64,000 bases of DNA from Phocaeicola sp. (GTDB lineage Bacteria > Bacteroidota > Bacteroidia > Bacteroidales > Bacteroidaceae), in contig JBOFMR010000130.1 of assembly GCA_051658485.1 (NCBI GenBank), positions 21,245 through 85,244 on the forward strand, given 5' to 3'. The position numbers and the translations under genes are program-made. The notes under the pieces were generated by a model, which was given only the letters and a program-made list of their open reading frames with translations, ran no database searches and was not told the origin of the DNA. Below, in pieces: positions 20,496 to 30,198 of this stretch; position 1 is the stretch's first letter; every line of letters starts with the position of its first letter.

Positions 20496-21854
20496 CTATC
20501 CTTTGTAGTTCAAGTGAAATCCCACCACTGCTTCAATCCCTTTGCGGAATATATCAAGTGGGAAGTTTTCGTTGGGTGAGTGAATCGCATTGCTCTCTAG
20601 TCCAAAGCCCATCAATACCGTCTTTACGCCTAGTAGCTTTTCGAAGTCACTAATGATAGGGATGCTACCTCCACGGCGTACAGCTAGTGGCTTTTTACCA
20701 AACGCTGCTTCAAATCCCTTTTCGGCTGCTTGATAAGCAGGAAGGGTAATAGGGCATACATAACCTTCTCCTCCGTGCATAGGAGTTACCTTTATTTGTA
20801 CATATTCGGGTGTCATTTGGTTGATGTAGTCTACAAATAGTTGCGAGATGGTGTGGTGATCTTGGTGAGCCACTAAGCGGCACGATACTTTGGCATAGGC
20901 TTTTGAGGGCAATACTGTTTTAGAGCCTTCTCCTGTATAGCCACCCCAGATACCACAAATATCGAATGAAGGGCGACAACTGTTTCGTTCAAGCGTAGAA
21001 TATCCCTTTTCTCCTTTCAAGGCTTTTACACCAATGGCCTCCATATATTTAGGTTCGTTGAATGGTATTTGGGCAATCATTTCTCGTTCGGCAGCAGGTA
21101 CCTCTTCTACATCGTCATAAAAATGAGGAATGGTGATACGTCCCTCTTCATCTACCACTTTAGCTAGTAGGTCGCATAAAACATTGATGGGGTTTGCTAC
21201 TGCACCGCCAAAGTGTCCCGAATGTAGGTCGCGATTGGGACCTGTTACCTCAAGCTCCCAATAAGCCAATCCACGCAATCCAGTGGTAAGAGAAGGGAGA
21301 TCTTTGCCTAGCATGCTGGTGTCTGAGACCAAGATGACATCAGCTTTCAGTAGCTCTTTGTGCTCTTTGATAAAGGGAGCAAGGCTAGGTGAACCAATCT
21401 CTTCTTCTCCTTCGAAAATAAACTTGATGTTGTGTGTCAGCAGTTCGTTCTTAACCAAATATTCGAATGCTTTTACCTGAATCATAGCTTGTCCTTTGTC
21501 ATCGTCAGCTCCTCGTGCCCAGATGTGGCCATCACGAATTTCTGGTTCGAATGGAGGGTTTTTCCAAAGTTCCAAAGGCTCGGCTGGCATTACATCATAG
21601 TGCGAATAGATCAGTACAGTAGGAGCATCTTCGCTGATATTTTTCTCTGCGTATACGAGAGGATTTCCCTGCGAGCTCATAATCTCGGCTCTCTCTGCAC
21701 CTGCCTCTAGTAAGAGCTCTTTCCAACGTTCAGCACAAGCTACCATATCCTTTTTGTGTTGTGGTTTGGCACTGACACTGGGTATGCGTATTAAGCTAAA
21801 GAGCTCTTCAAGAAATCTATTTTCGTGCGTTTGGATATATTTTTTTATATTCAT
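20496..21854 (-). CDS. M20 family dipeptidase
   Basis: YSHYDVMP, ARGADDDKGQ, EGEEEIGS, GLRG, DLHSG, HSPNE. Start placed at MNIKKY (21854). Confidence 0.93.
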   Translation of the reverse strand: MNIKKYIQTHENRFLEELFSLIRIPSVSAKPQHKKDMVACAERWKELLLEAGAERAEIMSSQGNPLVYAEKNISEDAPTVLIYSHYDVMPAEPLELWKNPPFEPEIRDGHIWARGADDDKGQAMIQVKAFEYLVKNELLTHNIKFIFEGEEEIGSPSLAPFIKEHKELLKADVILVSDTSMLGKDLPSLTTGLRGLAYWELEVTGPNRDLHSGHFGGAVANPINVLCDLLAKVVDEEGRITIPHFYDDVEEVPAAEREMIAQIPFNEPKYMEAIGVKALKGEKGYSTLERNSCRPSFDICGIWGGYTGEGSKTVLPSKAYAKVSCRLVAHQDHHTISQLFVDYINQMTPEYVQIKVTPMHGGEGYVCPITLPAYQAAEKGFEAAFGKKPLAVRRGGSIPIISDFEKLLGVKTVLMGFGLESNAIHSPNENFPLDIFRKGIEAVVGFHLNYKG

Positions 21855-22014
21855 CGTTCTATTTATTATTGGGTTATTTAGCATTTGATTTTTTACGTGT
21901 ATAAAAATAGTGCAAAAAGAGATACCACGTACTCTTTTTTCTATTTTTCTCATTCAATGGCTTGTTCTCTCTTTACTATTTTGTAGCTTTGTAAGCTAAA
22001 TAAAAGAATCATTT

Positions 22015-23259
22015 ATGGGGAGGTCTGAACTACAAAACGTAAAACAACGATTTGGAATAATAGGAAATGCCGAGGGGCTGAACCGGGCTATTGATGTAGC
22101 TATTCAGGTGGCATCTACAGATTTGTCTGTCTTAATAACTGGTGAAAGTGGTGTAGGGAAAGAGACTTTTCCTAAAATTATTCACCAATTTAGTCGTCGC
22201 AAGCATGGGATATACATTGCTGTAAACTGTGGGGCTATACCCGAAGGGACGATTGATTCGGAACTGTTTGGACATGAAAAAGGGTCCTTTACTGGAGCCA
22301 TAGGCGATCGGAACGGCTATTTTGCTGAGGCTAATGGGGGAACCATTTTCCTTGATGAGGTGGGAGAGTTACCTTTGGCTACACAGGCACGTTTGTTACG
22401 TGTACTAGAGAGTGGAGAGTTTATGAAAGTAGGCTCTTCAAAGTTGCAAAAGACCGATGTACGCATTGTGGCAGCTACAAATATAAATTTTGCTAAAGCA
22501 ATCTCTGAGGGGCGTTTTCGGGAAGATCTTTACTACCGCTTAAATACGATTCCGATTCAGGTGCCCTCGTTGCGAGAGAGAAAAGAGGATGCTGTACTGC
22601 TTTTTCGGAAATTTGCAGCAGATATAGCCGAGAAGTATCGTATGCCTGCCATTCAGTTAACTGAAACGGGTAAGAAAGCTCTTTTAGAGTATGCTTGGCC
22701 TGGTAATATCCGTCAATTAAAGAATGTAACAGAACAAATATCGATTGTTGAAACCAATCGTGAAATAACAGATCTTATCCTGAATAGCTATCTACCCACT
22801 CAGTTGATAGGCACTCACTTGCCCATGCTATCGGGTGCTAAGCCCGCTGAAAAGAGCTTTGAGAGTGAGCGGGAAATTTTGTATCAAGTGCTTTTTGATA
22901 TGCGAAGGGATGTGACAGAACTGAAAAAGTTAGTCAATGAGTTGATGGCCGATCGGGGAGCATTGGATGGCACTTCGGTGCAATCTGTTAATCCATCTGC
23001 AGGGAGTTTGTATCCTGACTCAATACAGACGTTGGTGGGAACATCTGCCCCCTTATCTACCATTGATATAGGCCATCCGCGAGATGAGATATCATATGCC
23101 GAGATAGAACCTGAAACGCTTTCACTCGACGATATGGAGCGTGAGGTGATTCGAAAAGCTTTGGATAAACACCATGGTAAGCGCAAACAGGCGGCTGCCG
23201 ATTTACAAATATCAGAGCGTACGCTCTATCGAAAAATAAAAGAATATGGATTGGAATAG
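22015..23259 (+). CDS. Sigma-54-interaction (NtrC-like AAA+) Fis-family regulator without a receiver domain
   Basis: GESGVGKE Walker A, ELFGHEKGSFTGA, FLDEVGE, FREDLYYRLN, WPGNIRQL, C-terminal Fis HTH. Confidence 0.9.
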   Translation: MGRSELQNVKQRFGIIGNAEGLNRAIDVAIQVASTDLSVLITGESGVGKETFPKIIHQFSRRKHGIYIAVNCGAIPEGTIDSELFGHEKGSFTGAIGDRNGYFAEANGGTIFLDEVGELPLATQARLLRVLESGEFMKVGSSKLQKTDVRIVAATNINFAKAISEGRFREDLYYRLNTIPIQVPSLRERKEDAVLLFRKFAADIAEKYRMPAIQLTETGKKALLEYAWPGNIRQLKNVTEQISIVETNREITDLILNSYLPTQLIGTHLPMLSGAKPAEKSFESEREILYQVLFDMRRDVTELKKLVNELMADRGALDGTSVQSVNPSAGSLYPDSIQTLVGTSAPLSTIDIGHPRDEISYAEIEPETLSLDDMEREVIRKALDKHHGKRKQAAADLQISERTLYRKIKEYGLE

Positions 23260-23776
23260 AAAAAAAATAACAAGTATCTCTGCACTTTTTGTACTTATGT
23301 TGGTTGCAAACTCTTGCAGCATATCTTATAAGTTTAACGGCTCGTCTATTGACTATACGAAGACAAAAACGATTCAATTTGAAACTTTTCAAAATAGATC
23401 CGCAGGCTTTATGTGGGGACCTATGGAGGGTATCTTTAATAGGGCGTTGCAAGATATCTTTCTACAACAAACTCGTTTGCGACAGGTGACTAAATCAGGT
23501 GATTTGCAATTTTCTGGTGAGATAACCAATTACGACGCAATCAATAAGGGAATTGGTGCAGACGGATACTCAGGTATGGTGGAATTGCGTATGAGTGTGA
23601 AAGTACGTTTTGAGAATCGGGTAAATCATACTGAAAATTTTGACCAAACTTTTACTGCTAGGCGTGAGTATGATTCTCGTACTACTCAGCTGAATGCGGT
23701 GCAAAACGATTTGGTGGAACAGATGTGTAAAGACCTCACTGAACAAATATTTAATAAATCGGTGGCTAACTGGTAG
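23246..23776 (+). CDS. lptE: LPS assembly lipoprotein LptE (Bacteroidetes type)
   Basis: Lipobox VANSC then SISYKFNGSSIDY; conserved position before the TPR gene and secG. Confidence 0.8.
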   Translation: MDWNRKKITSISALFVLMLVANSCSISYKFNGSSIDYTKTKTIQFETFQNRSAGFMWGPMEGIFNRALQDIFLQQTRLRQVTKSGDLQFSGEITNYDAINKGIGADGYSGMVELRMSVKVRFENRVNHTENFDQTFTARREYDSRTTQLNAVQNDLVEQMCKDLTEQIFNKSVANW

Positions 23777-23781
23777 TCTGA

Positions 23782-24555
23782 TTGATGATGCTGAATGAGT
23801 TAAATGAGTGGATTGATAATCCACAGCTGTTGAATGTGGAAACATTGCTCAAGCTTCGTGAATGGATGGCTAAGTATCCCTATTGTCAGACGGTGCGGCT
23901 GTTGTATACTCAGAACTTGGCGATACTCCAGAATCCATTACTTCCAAAAGCGTTGCAGCAAGCAGCTCTTTTTATACCTGACCGTAAGGTGTTGTTTAAA
24001 ATTATAGAGGGAGAACGATTTCATATAACTCCTTTGCCAAAGCATGATGAGCTAGTGGAAGATGGGGAGTTGGACCGAACATCGTCGTTGATAGACTCTT
24101 TTTTGTTGGGCTACAAGGAGGAAAACCAACGAGAGGTCATTATTCCTGTTGAATTAAATATGGATTATGCACCCCTATTGGGAGAGGTGGATGGTGAGGA
24201 TGTTCAACCTACCTTTGAGATGAAAGGACAGCATCTGATTGACTCTTTTATCGCAGCTGATGAAAGCGATGGGGTATTTGTTGATGGACTACCCTCAGCT
24301 ACAGTTGGAGTGAATAGAGGTGATATGCTTACAAAAACAGAGCGGAGTGAGGAGCTGCAAAGAGCTAAAAGTGATATGGAAGAAGAGAGCTGTTTAACAG
24401 AAACTTTGGCTAAAATATATGTCAAACAAGAACGTTATGCAAAAGCTCTTGAAATAATTAAAAAATTAAATTTGAAATATCCAGAAAAAAATAGTTACTT
24501 TGCAGACCAAATAAGATTTTTGGAGAAATTGATTATTAACACTAAATCAAAATAA
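23782..24555 (+). CDS. Conserved Bacteroidetes TPR-containing protein
   Basis: KYPYCQ N-terminal motif; C-terminal TETLAKIYVKQERYAKA...YPEKNSYFADQI. Confidence 0.8.
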   Translation: MMMLNELNEWIDNPQLLNVETLLKLREWMAKYPYCQTVRLLYTQNLAILQNPLLPKALQQAALFIPDRKVLFKIIEGERFHITPLPKHDELVEDGELDRTSSLIDSFLLGYKEENQREVIIPVELNMDYAPLLGEVDGEDVQPTFEMKGQHLIDSFIAADESDGVFVDGLPSATVGVNRGDMLTKTERSEELQRAKSDMEEESCLTETLAKIYVKQERYAKALEIIKKLNLKYPEKNSYFADQIRFLEKLIINTKSK

Positions 24556-24561
24556 AGAGAG

Positions 24562-24927
24562 ATGTATTTATTATTTGTTGGACTTATTGTTGTTGCTGCA
24601 CTTCTAATGTGTTTGGTTGTATTGATTCAGAACTCAAAGGGAGGTGGTCTAGACTCTAGCTTTGCTTCTTCTAATCAAATCATGGGAGTACGTAAGACGA
24701 CTGACTTTATTGAGAAATTAACTTGGGGTTTAGCGGCCTTTATGGTGGTAGTTAGCATTGCTAGCTCTTACTTTATTCCTACGGCTCATGCTGACACTTC
24801 AGTTATTATGGAGCAAGCAATCAAAGAGGGGGCTACAAACCCACTGAATGTGCCTGCTGGTTTGAGTACACCTATTGGTGATGCACAAGCAAATCCTGCT
24901 GAATCTACTACTGATTCTGTAAAGTAA
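24562..24927 (+). CDS. secG: Preprotein translocase subunit SecG
   Basis: VLIQNSKGGGL...GVRKTTDFIEKLTW. Confidence 0.95.
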   Translation: MYLLFVGLIVVAALLMCLVVLIQNSKGGGLDSSFASSNQIMGVRKTTDFIEKLTWGLAAFMVVVSIASSYFIPTAHADTSVIMEQAIKEGATNPLNVPAGLSTPIGDAQANPAESTTDSVK

Positions 24928-25014
24928 GAAAACTATTTTATTTAGATAGTAATGGGTGTAGTTTTGCTTAATGGTGAAACTACGCTCTTTTTTATACAAA
25001 AAAATTAAAAGAAA

Positions 25015-25383
25015 ATGAAACTACTTTTGAATATCATTTGGGTTGTTTTTGGAGGATTCTTAATCTTTCTAGAGTATGTAATAGCTAGCTTGTTGCTTAT
25101 GATTACGGTTGTAGGTATTCCTTTTGCCTTTCAAACCTTAAAATTGGCGGGATTGGCTCTCTTTCCTTTTGGTAGTGAAGTTAAAGATGCTCCTAGTAGC
25201 GGTGGATGCCTCTCTATCTTAATGAATATTATTTGGATTTTTGTAGGTGGTATTTGGATTTGCCTTTCGCACCTTGGACTTGGCATTCTGTTTTGTATCA
25301 CAGTCGTAGGTATTCCTTTTGGCTTGCAACATTTCAAGTTGGCAGGATTGGCTTTGACTCCTTTTGGGAAAGAGATTCATTAA
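25015..25383 (+). CDS. YccF domain inner-membrane protein
   Basis: Two repeats of NIIW...GG...ITVVGIPF...KLAGLAL.PFG. Confidence 0.92.
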   Translation: MKLLLNIIWVVFGGFLIFLEYVIASLLLMITVVGIPFAFQTLKLAGLALFPFGSEVKDAPSSGGCLSILMNIIWIFVGGIWICLSHLGLGILFCITVVGIPFGLQHFKLAGLALTPFGKEIH

Positions 25384-25489
25384 TCAGCTTTGTGAATAAC
25401 CTTGATGTTCACACTGCTTTGTGTGATTTTGCAATACCTTAAGTGCGCAACCTTTTTTGTGTAATAGTATATACAGATAGTTGTAGGGA

Positions 25490-25519
25490 TAGCTTTTCAC
25501 CCAAATGGGTGAGAAGCTA
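25490..25519 (+). terminator. Terminator after yccF
   Basis: TAGCTTTTCACC...GGTGAGAAGCTA. Confidence 0.55.
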
Positions 25520-25636
25520 TTAGTAATTATTTGAAATATAATAGATTGCAAAAGATAGTTGCGGGTATTAGGTAATAGAGATGTTTACAAGTAGGGCTTT
25601 TTGTCTGAATGGATAAAAAGAGGCTGTAACAATCAT

Positions 25637-25693
25637 ATTGTAGGAAAATCAAGCGAATTTTTAAAGGCATTAAATTTTATCAGATCGCAATAA
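25637..25693 (-). repeat. Dispersed repeat family, partial copy
   Basis: ATTGTAGGAAAATCAAGCGAATTTTTAAAGGCATTAAATTTTATCAGATCGCAATAA aligns to the right end of the 47601-47775 copy. Confidence 0.7.
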
Positions 25694-25848
25694 AAGCATT
25701 TGACCTGTTAAGTGACTTTTTAAGCTGATGGAAGAGCAGCTTTCCGCTAAAATGTATACTCTTACCCATTGTTGTTTTGTGTGATAACAGACTAAATGAC
25801 TGGACTGAATCCTCAAACTGGAATCATCCTTAATTTATGCTATACTAA

Positions 25849-25870
25849 AAGTTTTATCGGGTGGCAATAA
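25849..25870 (-). repeat. Dispersed repeat family, isolated 22-bp end motif
   Basis: AAGTTTTATCGGGTGGCAATAA differs by one base from 28825-28846. Confidence 0.65.
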
Positions 25871-25913
25871 TCTACAACTACCAACGGTAAAATGGAAGAA
25901 CTTGTATGGATAC

Positions 25914-25977
25914 ACTGTATAACTTAAAAAATCCCTTGATAGTATTGACTATCAAGGGATTTTTTAAGTTATACAGT
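25914..25977. terminator. 30-bp perfect inverted repeat, likely a bidirectional terminator
   Basis: ACTGTATAACTTAAAAAATCCCTTGATAGT-attg-ACTATCAAGGGATTTTTTAAGTTATACAGT. Confidence 0.75.
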
Positions 25978-25984
25978 TGTTTAG

Positions 25985-27490
25985 TTAATTCAACATTGGT
26001 GGCAATAGTTTTGGAGTATTTTCTAGATTCTCATTGCTTACTGAAGAATTATTTTTGGTAGACCAACTATCTTGGAATAGTGTTACTCGAGCTATTTCAA
26101 AAGGAACCTTAAAATTGGATAAATCCCATTTCCATATTTTTACCTTGGCACCGGCAGCACCTCCTATTACAAGAGCAAGATCAGCTGATGCAGCGAGTTC
26201 TACTCCTGTATGGTCAACCGTTGCCTTTGCGTTCACGTTGGCTTTAATAGATGGGCCTATTAGAACGTATGGGCCAGCAGTTCCATATAGGTAAGCACCC
26301 ACTTGGATATAAATACCTGCTTCAGCTGATAGAGAAACTTCGGCCTGTATTTGTGTTTTGTCTAAATTAAAACCATCACTAGAACTCTCGCTTTTATGGA
26401 ATTCAGTCCATTTAGAATCTTCGTATTTTATTCCATTCTCAAATGAACGTTGAAAGTTTAGAGGAATACCTAGTTTTAATGAACCATCTACTTCAGCACT
26501 CATTTTACGAAAAACCTCGGGAGAAACTTCAATAGTTACAGGGATAAAGGAGGCAAAGAAAGTAGCATAGTAAGAGCTGATTTTTGTTACGGGTGTATAA
26601 TCTTTATCTCCGAATACTACGCTCTTCTTAATTCTCATATTTAACATTGATTCGAGGCTGTATCCAGCATAGTAAGATGCTTCGAACTTTTTCAAGGAAA
26701 ACCATTTTGTTTTTATAGCAACTTTCACCCCTACTTCAGCTGATAGAGTACCTTTATAGTTAAGGACAGAGTCTTCTGATAAATTGAGATCAAAGTCACG
26801 ACTAAACTTAAGACCGAGTTTAGTCTCACCAGTAAGACTTCTTCCTTGTTGGCATACATCAAAAGCTATATACTCTTCCCCGTTGCTAGCCGATTGGAGA
26901 TTAGCAGATGGAGAAACTTTTGTATAGTTCATTTGGAGTAACTCTTCTTTAGGGATATCTCTACTAGTACGTATAATGAAGGTTGGGTGAATCTCACCAT
27001 CCTCACTAATTAAACGGGGGTCGGCATTAAGTGAATTTCCAAGGCTTAGACTATTAGGACTGGGGGCATCATTAAAATAAGGAGTGGTGTTTAGTACCGC
27101 ATCGAAATTACCAATTGCCTCTTCTACAGTAGCTTTAGTTCCAGAAACTTCAATCCAATTTTCATCGATCTCATCTATACGTGTTACACGTAAATAGAAA
27201 GGTAATTCTTCGATTGAAGTCATTACTGTAGTGATATCTCCGGGAGCAATGGAGTAGTTCATCTTGCTTAAGTACTGACGATTTATGCGAAGAGAGGTTT
27301 TTTCACTATTTGAAGTAACATCATTTGGGGAAATAAAATTAAAAAAGTTGAGTGGGATTACTTGATAAGCAGGGATTGCCTTCTCATCTTTTTCGATAAA
27401 ATCATCATTCTTCTCACATGAATATAAAGAGAAAGAAACAAAGCCACAGATAAGTAAGAATAATGTCTTGAATATATTATTAGCTTTCAT
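25985..27490 (-). CDS. Hypothetical surface lipoprotein (501 aa)
   Basis: Lipobox FSLYSC followed by acidic EKNDDFIEKDE; beta-strand-rich Gly/Ala/Val C-terminal half; no family recognised. Confidence 0.75.
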   Translation of the reverse strand: MKANNIFKTLFLLICGFVSFSLYSCEKNDDFIEKDEKAIPAYQVIPLNFFNFISPNDVTSNSEKTSLRINRQYLSKMNYSIAPGDITTVMTSIEELPFYLRVTRIDEIDENWIEVSGTKATVEEAIGNFDAVLNTTPYFNDAPSPNSLSLGNSLNADPRLISEDGEIHPTFIIRTSRDIPKEELLQMNYTKVSPSANLQSASNGEEYIAFDVCQQGRSLTGETKLGLKFSRDFDLNLSEDSVLNYKGTLSAEVGVKVAIKTKWFSLKKFEASYYAGYSLESMLNMRIKKSVVFGDKDYTPVTKISSYYATFFASFIPVTIEVSPEVFRKMSAEVDGSLKLGIPLNFQRSFENGIKYEDSKWTEFHKSESSSDGFNLDKTQIQAEVSLSAEAGIYIQVGAYLYGTAGPYVLIGPSIKANVNAKATVDHTGVELAASADLALVIGGAAGAKVKIWKWDLSNFKVPFEIARVTLFQDSWSTKNNSSVSNENLENTPKLLPPMLN

Positions 27491-28760
27491 GATTATCTAT
27501 TTATTACATAAATTATTTTCTTATATAAGTAATCAACAATGATTATTGTCTTGTCCAGTAGTGTCTAGAAGCTTCCGTTATGGGCAAATGAATGACAGAC
27601 ACAGTTTTTTGACTAATGAATCAATAGAGTATATTGGATTCAGAATGAACTGTGCTACTTAAAATAGCTCATTATTTTATTCATTATTTGCGGATGATTA
27701 ATCTCTTTAGCTAATGTGAAAAATAGACTGTTGAGAATCTTGAATCACATGAGTCAGCAATTACGATTGACTGATTATTAATCATTTTTGTCGGGTTTAA
27801 AGTTACCCTTGGAATCTGTCTAGCCATTTATAAGCCCGTTGTCGTTCTTATTAGTTACGCATTTATATAAATGGTATGGTTGCAGGTATAGAAAATTTCT
27901 CGCGTTTTAAATTTATGCCCGTGTATTAGCCTTTGTTTTTGTATTTAATTTTTACTATTTCGTAGAATTTAATCTATTTTTTAGCTACTGGGATGGCTTA
28001 TCCCTTTGTAGTTTATATTTATAGGTTCTACTTATCACTCCAGTTATTCTTGCAAGTCTTTTGTTATTCACTGTATATCGTCAAAACATCTAGCCAACCT
28101 AAAACTGAATATGCATTGAAAAAGATGTTTATATCAAAGAGATCTTTTAATAAATTAGATTCTTTTGCATCTCTTTTAAATAGGGTGTTAAATGATTAGA
28201 CTCTCTTCTATAAGAGGTTTTTCTTGATACAAAGCTAATTGCAGTTTGTACAGCTATCAAGTTATTTAACTAGATTAACCTCGATTAAACTAAAAAGAGT
28301 TTTTTAGAAGATAGTTTTGAATTTCGCAAATTAAATCAATATATGTTTTACAGCTTGTATATTTTATTTTATGCAAAAATAGTGTATTTTTTTACTATTT
28401 ATGAATGGTTTGCACTGCAACTTTAATATTGTAAGTGATTGTTTAATAATTAATTATGAGTGTAAAGATATCCTAGCTAATAATATTGATTGTTTTTTTG
28501 TGTTATCAAACACGCGAATGTTTTTCCTCTAATTTTAAAACATTTTATTTCACACTTAAATCAGTTGGAATTAACTAAAATCAAAGCGTATTGTCTGCTT
28601 GAATAGCCAAAATACTTTACTCTATGTCTGTAAAATGTTTTTGTTCCCCCTATATTATCTCTCTTTTTTAGCCAAGATTTCCCTCTCCGAGTATATTGAT
28701 TCTTCTTGGTCTAATTCCTATTGTATGACCATAGAGTTGTGGCATTGCCAACTTGCAGGG

Positions 28761-28846
28761 AAACTTATTTGCTTTTTAGTGGACTCTATATATAGGAGGA
28801 CTCAAGCGATTTTCTAAAGGCGCTAAGTTTTATCGGATGGCAATAA
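28761..28846 (-). repeat. Dispersed repeat family, partial copy (second end motif at 28871-28889)
   Basis: CTTATTTGC...TATAGG...CAAGCGATTTTCTAAAGGCGCTAAGTTTTATCGGATGGCAATAA aligns to 47691-47775. Confidence 0.75.
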
Positions 28847-28895
28847 AAAAAGAGGGGTGAAAGTTGAGCAAAGTTTTGTCGGATAGCAAGACTAA

Positions 28896-28979
28896 AAAAG
28901 CAGCGTTTGTTTTATTCAAAACAAACGCTGCTTTTAGTTAAAAGATTCGCCAGTTTCTTATAGAACTGGCGAATCTTTT
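28896..28979. terminator. Two back-to-back perfect hairpins (18 bp and 16 bp) after prmA
   Basis: AAAAGCAGCGTTTGTTTT-attc-AAAACAAACGCTGCTTTT, then AAAAGATTCGCCAGTT-tcttatag-AACTGGCGAATCTTTT. Confidence 0.75.
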
Positions 28980-28993
28980 TTTAGTGGGAAAAC

Positions 28994-29839
28994 TTATTGT
29001 AGAATGAACTTTACAGCTGCCCAATTATTCTTTTCTCGATGGTGTAGGAAGGTCATACCCAAGCTCTCTGCTTTTTCGCGGATAGCAGGGATATCTTCTA
29101 CATAGAAGCCACTCATAAAAAGTTCAGACCCTTGGTGCATACGCGCTGCATACTTCTCCATATCGGCAAGTAAGATGTTGCGATTGATATTGGCTATGAT
29201 CACATCAAATGAGGCCTCTTTCTCTAAGAGTGCTGCATCTCCCCACAATACCTCGATGTTTGTTAGGTTGTTTAGTACAATGTTATCTCGCGAGTTGTTT
29301 ACACACCAATCGTCTATATCGATGGCTACCACTTCGCGTGCCCCTTTCATTCGAGCTAAGATGGCAAGAATAGAGGTTCCACAACCCATATCGAGGATGC
29401 GTTTCTCTTTTAAATCAGCATCTAGCAACTCGTGTATAATGGAGCTTGTTGTTTCGTGGTGTCCTGTTCCAAATGCCATTTGTGGATTGATTAAAATCTC
29501 GTAATCGGCTTTGGGTGTATCCTTATGAAAGGTGCTGTGGATCACGCATCGCTCTCCAATAACAATGGGTTGAAAATAGTTCTTCTCCCACTCTTCGTTC
29601 CAATTCTTCTCTTCTACCTCTTGTAGGGTATAGGTTATGGCTACGTCTGGCAGTGGAAAAGAGTGAATAACCTCTTTCAATGCCTCTTCATCCAACAGTT
29701 CCGCTTGTATATAGGCTTTTTGTCCCTCTGGGCACTCCTCAAAACTTTCGAACCCTATTTCACCCAAAAGTGCCGAAAGCACATCGTTGGCTGCTTCGGT
29801 ATGGGGAAGGGTGGTGCAAGTTACTTCAATGTATTTCAT
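28994..29839 (-). CDS. prmA: 50S ribosomal protein L11 methyltransferase
   Basis: NWNEEWEKNY, INPQMAFGTGHHETT, LDMGCGTSILA, IANINRNIL. Confidence 0.96.
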   Translation of the reverse strand: MKYIEVTCTTLPHTEAANDVLSALLGEIGFESFEECPEGQKAYIQAELLDEEALKEVIHSFPLPDVAITYTLQEVEEKNWNEEWEKNYFQPIVIGERCVIHSTFHKDTPKADYEILINPQMAFGTGHHETTSSIIHELLDADLKEKRILDMGCGTSILAILARMKGAREVVAIDIDDWCVNNSRDNIVLNNLTNIEVLWGDAALLEKEASFDVIIANINRNILLADMEKYAARMHQGSELFMSGFYVEDIPAIREKAESLGMTFLHHREKNNWAAVKFILQ

Positions 29840-29940
29840 AAAACAATCATTATTTAAGTGGACAAAGATAACTCCTCCTATCGGTTTATCTCTTATTGGG
29901 GTTGAATAAAATATCGGGTTTTAATCATTTTGTTCAATCG

Positions 29941-30100
29941 TTGTTGCTTCGTACAAGTTTGGGGAAATTTGAAATGCAGAGGAGTAGGAAAAACAATGTA
30001 GCTTGTTGTTGCTTCATATAGGTTTAGGGAAATTTGAAATGCAGAGGGGTGGAGAAAGAGAAAGCAACTTGGTGCTATTTCATTCAAGTTTAGGGAAATC
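29941..30100. repeat. Degenerate ~65-bp tandem repeat (about 2.5 units) in a divergent promoter region
   Basis: TTGTTGCTTC-(N)-GTTTRGGGAAATTTGAAATGCAGAGG at 29941 and 30006; third partial unit at ~30069 (CAAGTTTAGGGAAAT). Confidence 0.7.
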
Positions 30101-30198
30101 CCTACTAATGAATAGGGAAAAAGATATAGTATCTCTTTTTTCCTTATATATCTTTGTATCATCAATAAATATCTAAACCAAAAGATGGAGGAGCAAAT

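Noticed and set aside
25015-25383. Internal DNA repeat in the 122-aa membrane gene
   Set aside because: This is the normal two-repeat YccF domain architecture.
27993-28817. Short plus-strand ORFs 27993-28199 and 28599-28817
   Set aside because: Low-complexity AT-rich translations overlapping repeat fragments; likely spurious.
29941-30100. CRISPR array interpretation of the 65-bp tandem repeat
   Set aside because: Only two good units, variable segments of ~18 bp, no internal palindrome, and no cas genes in the window.
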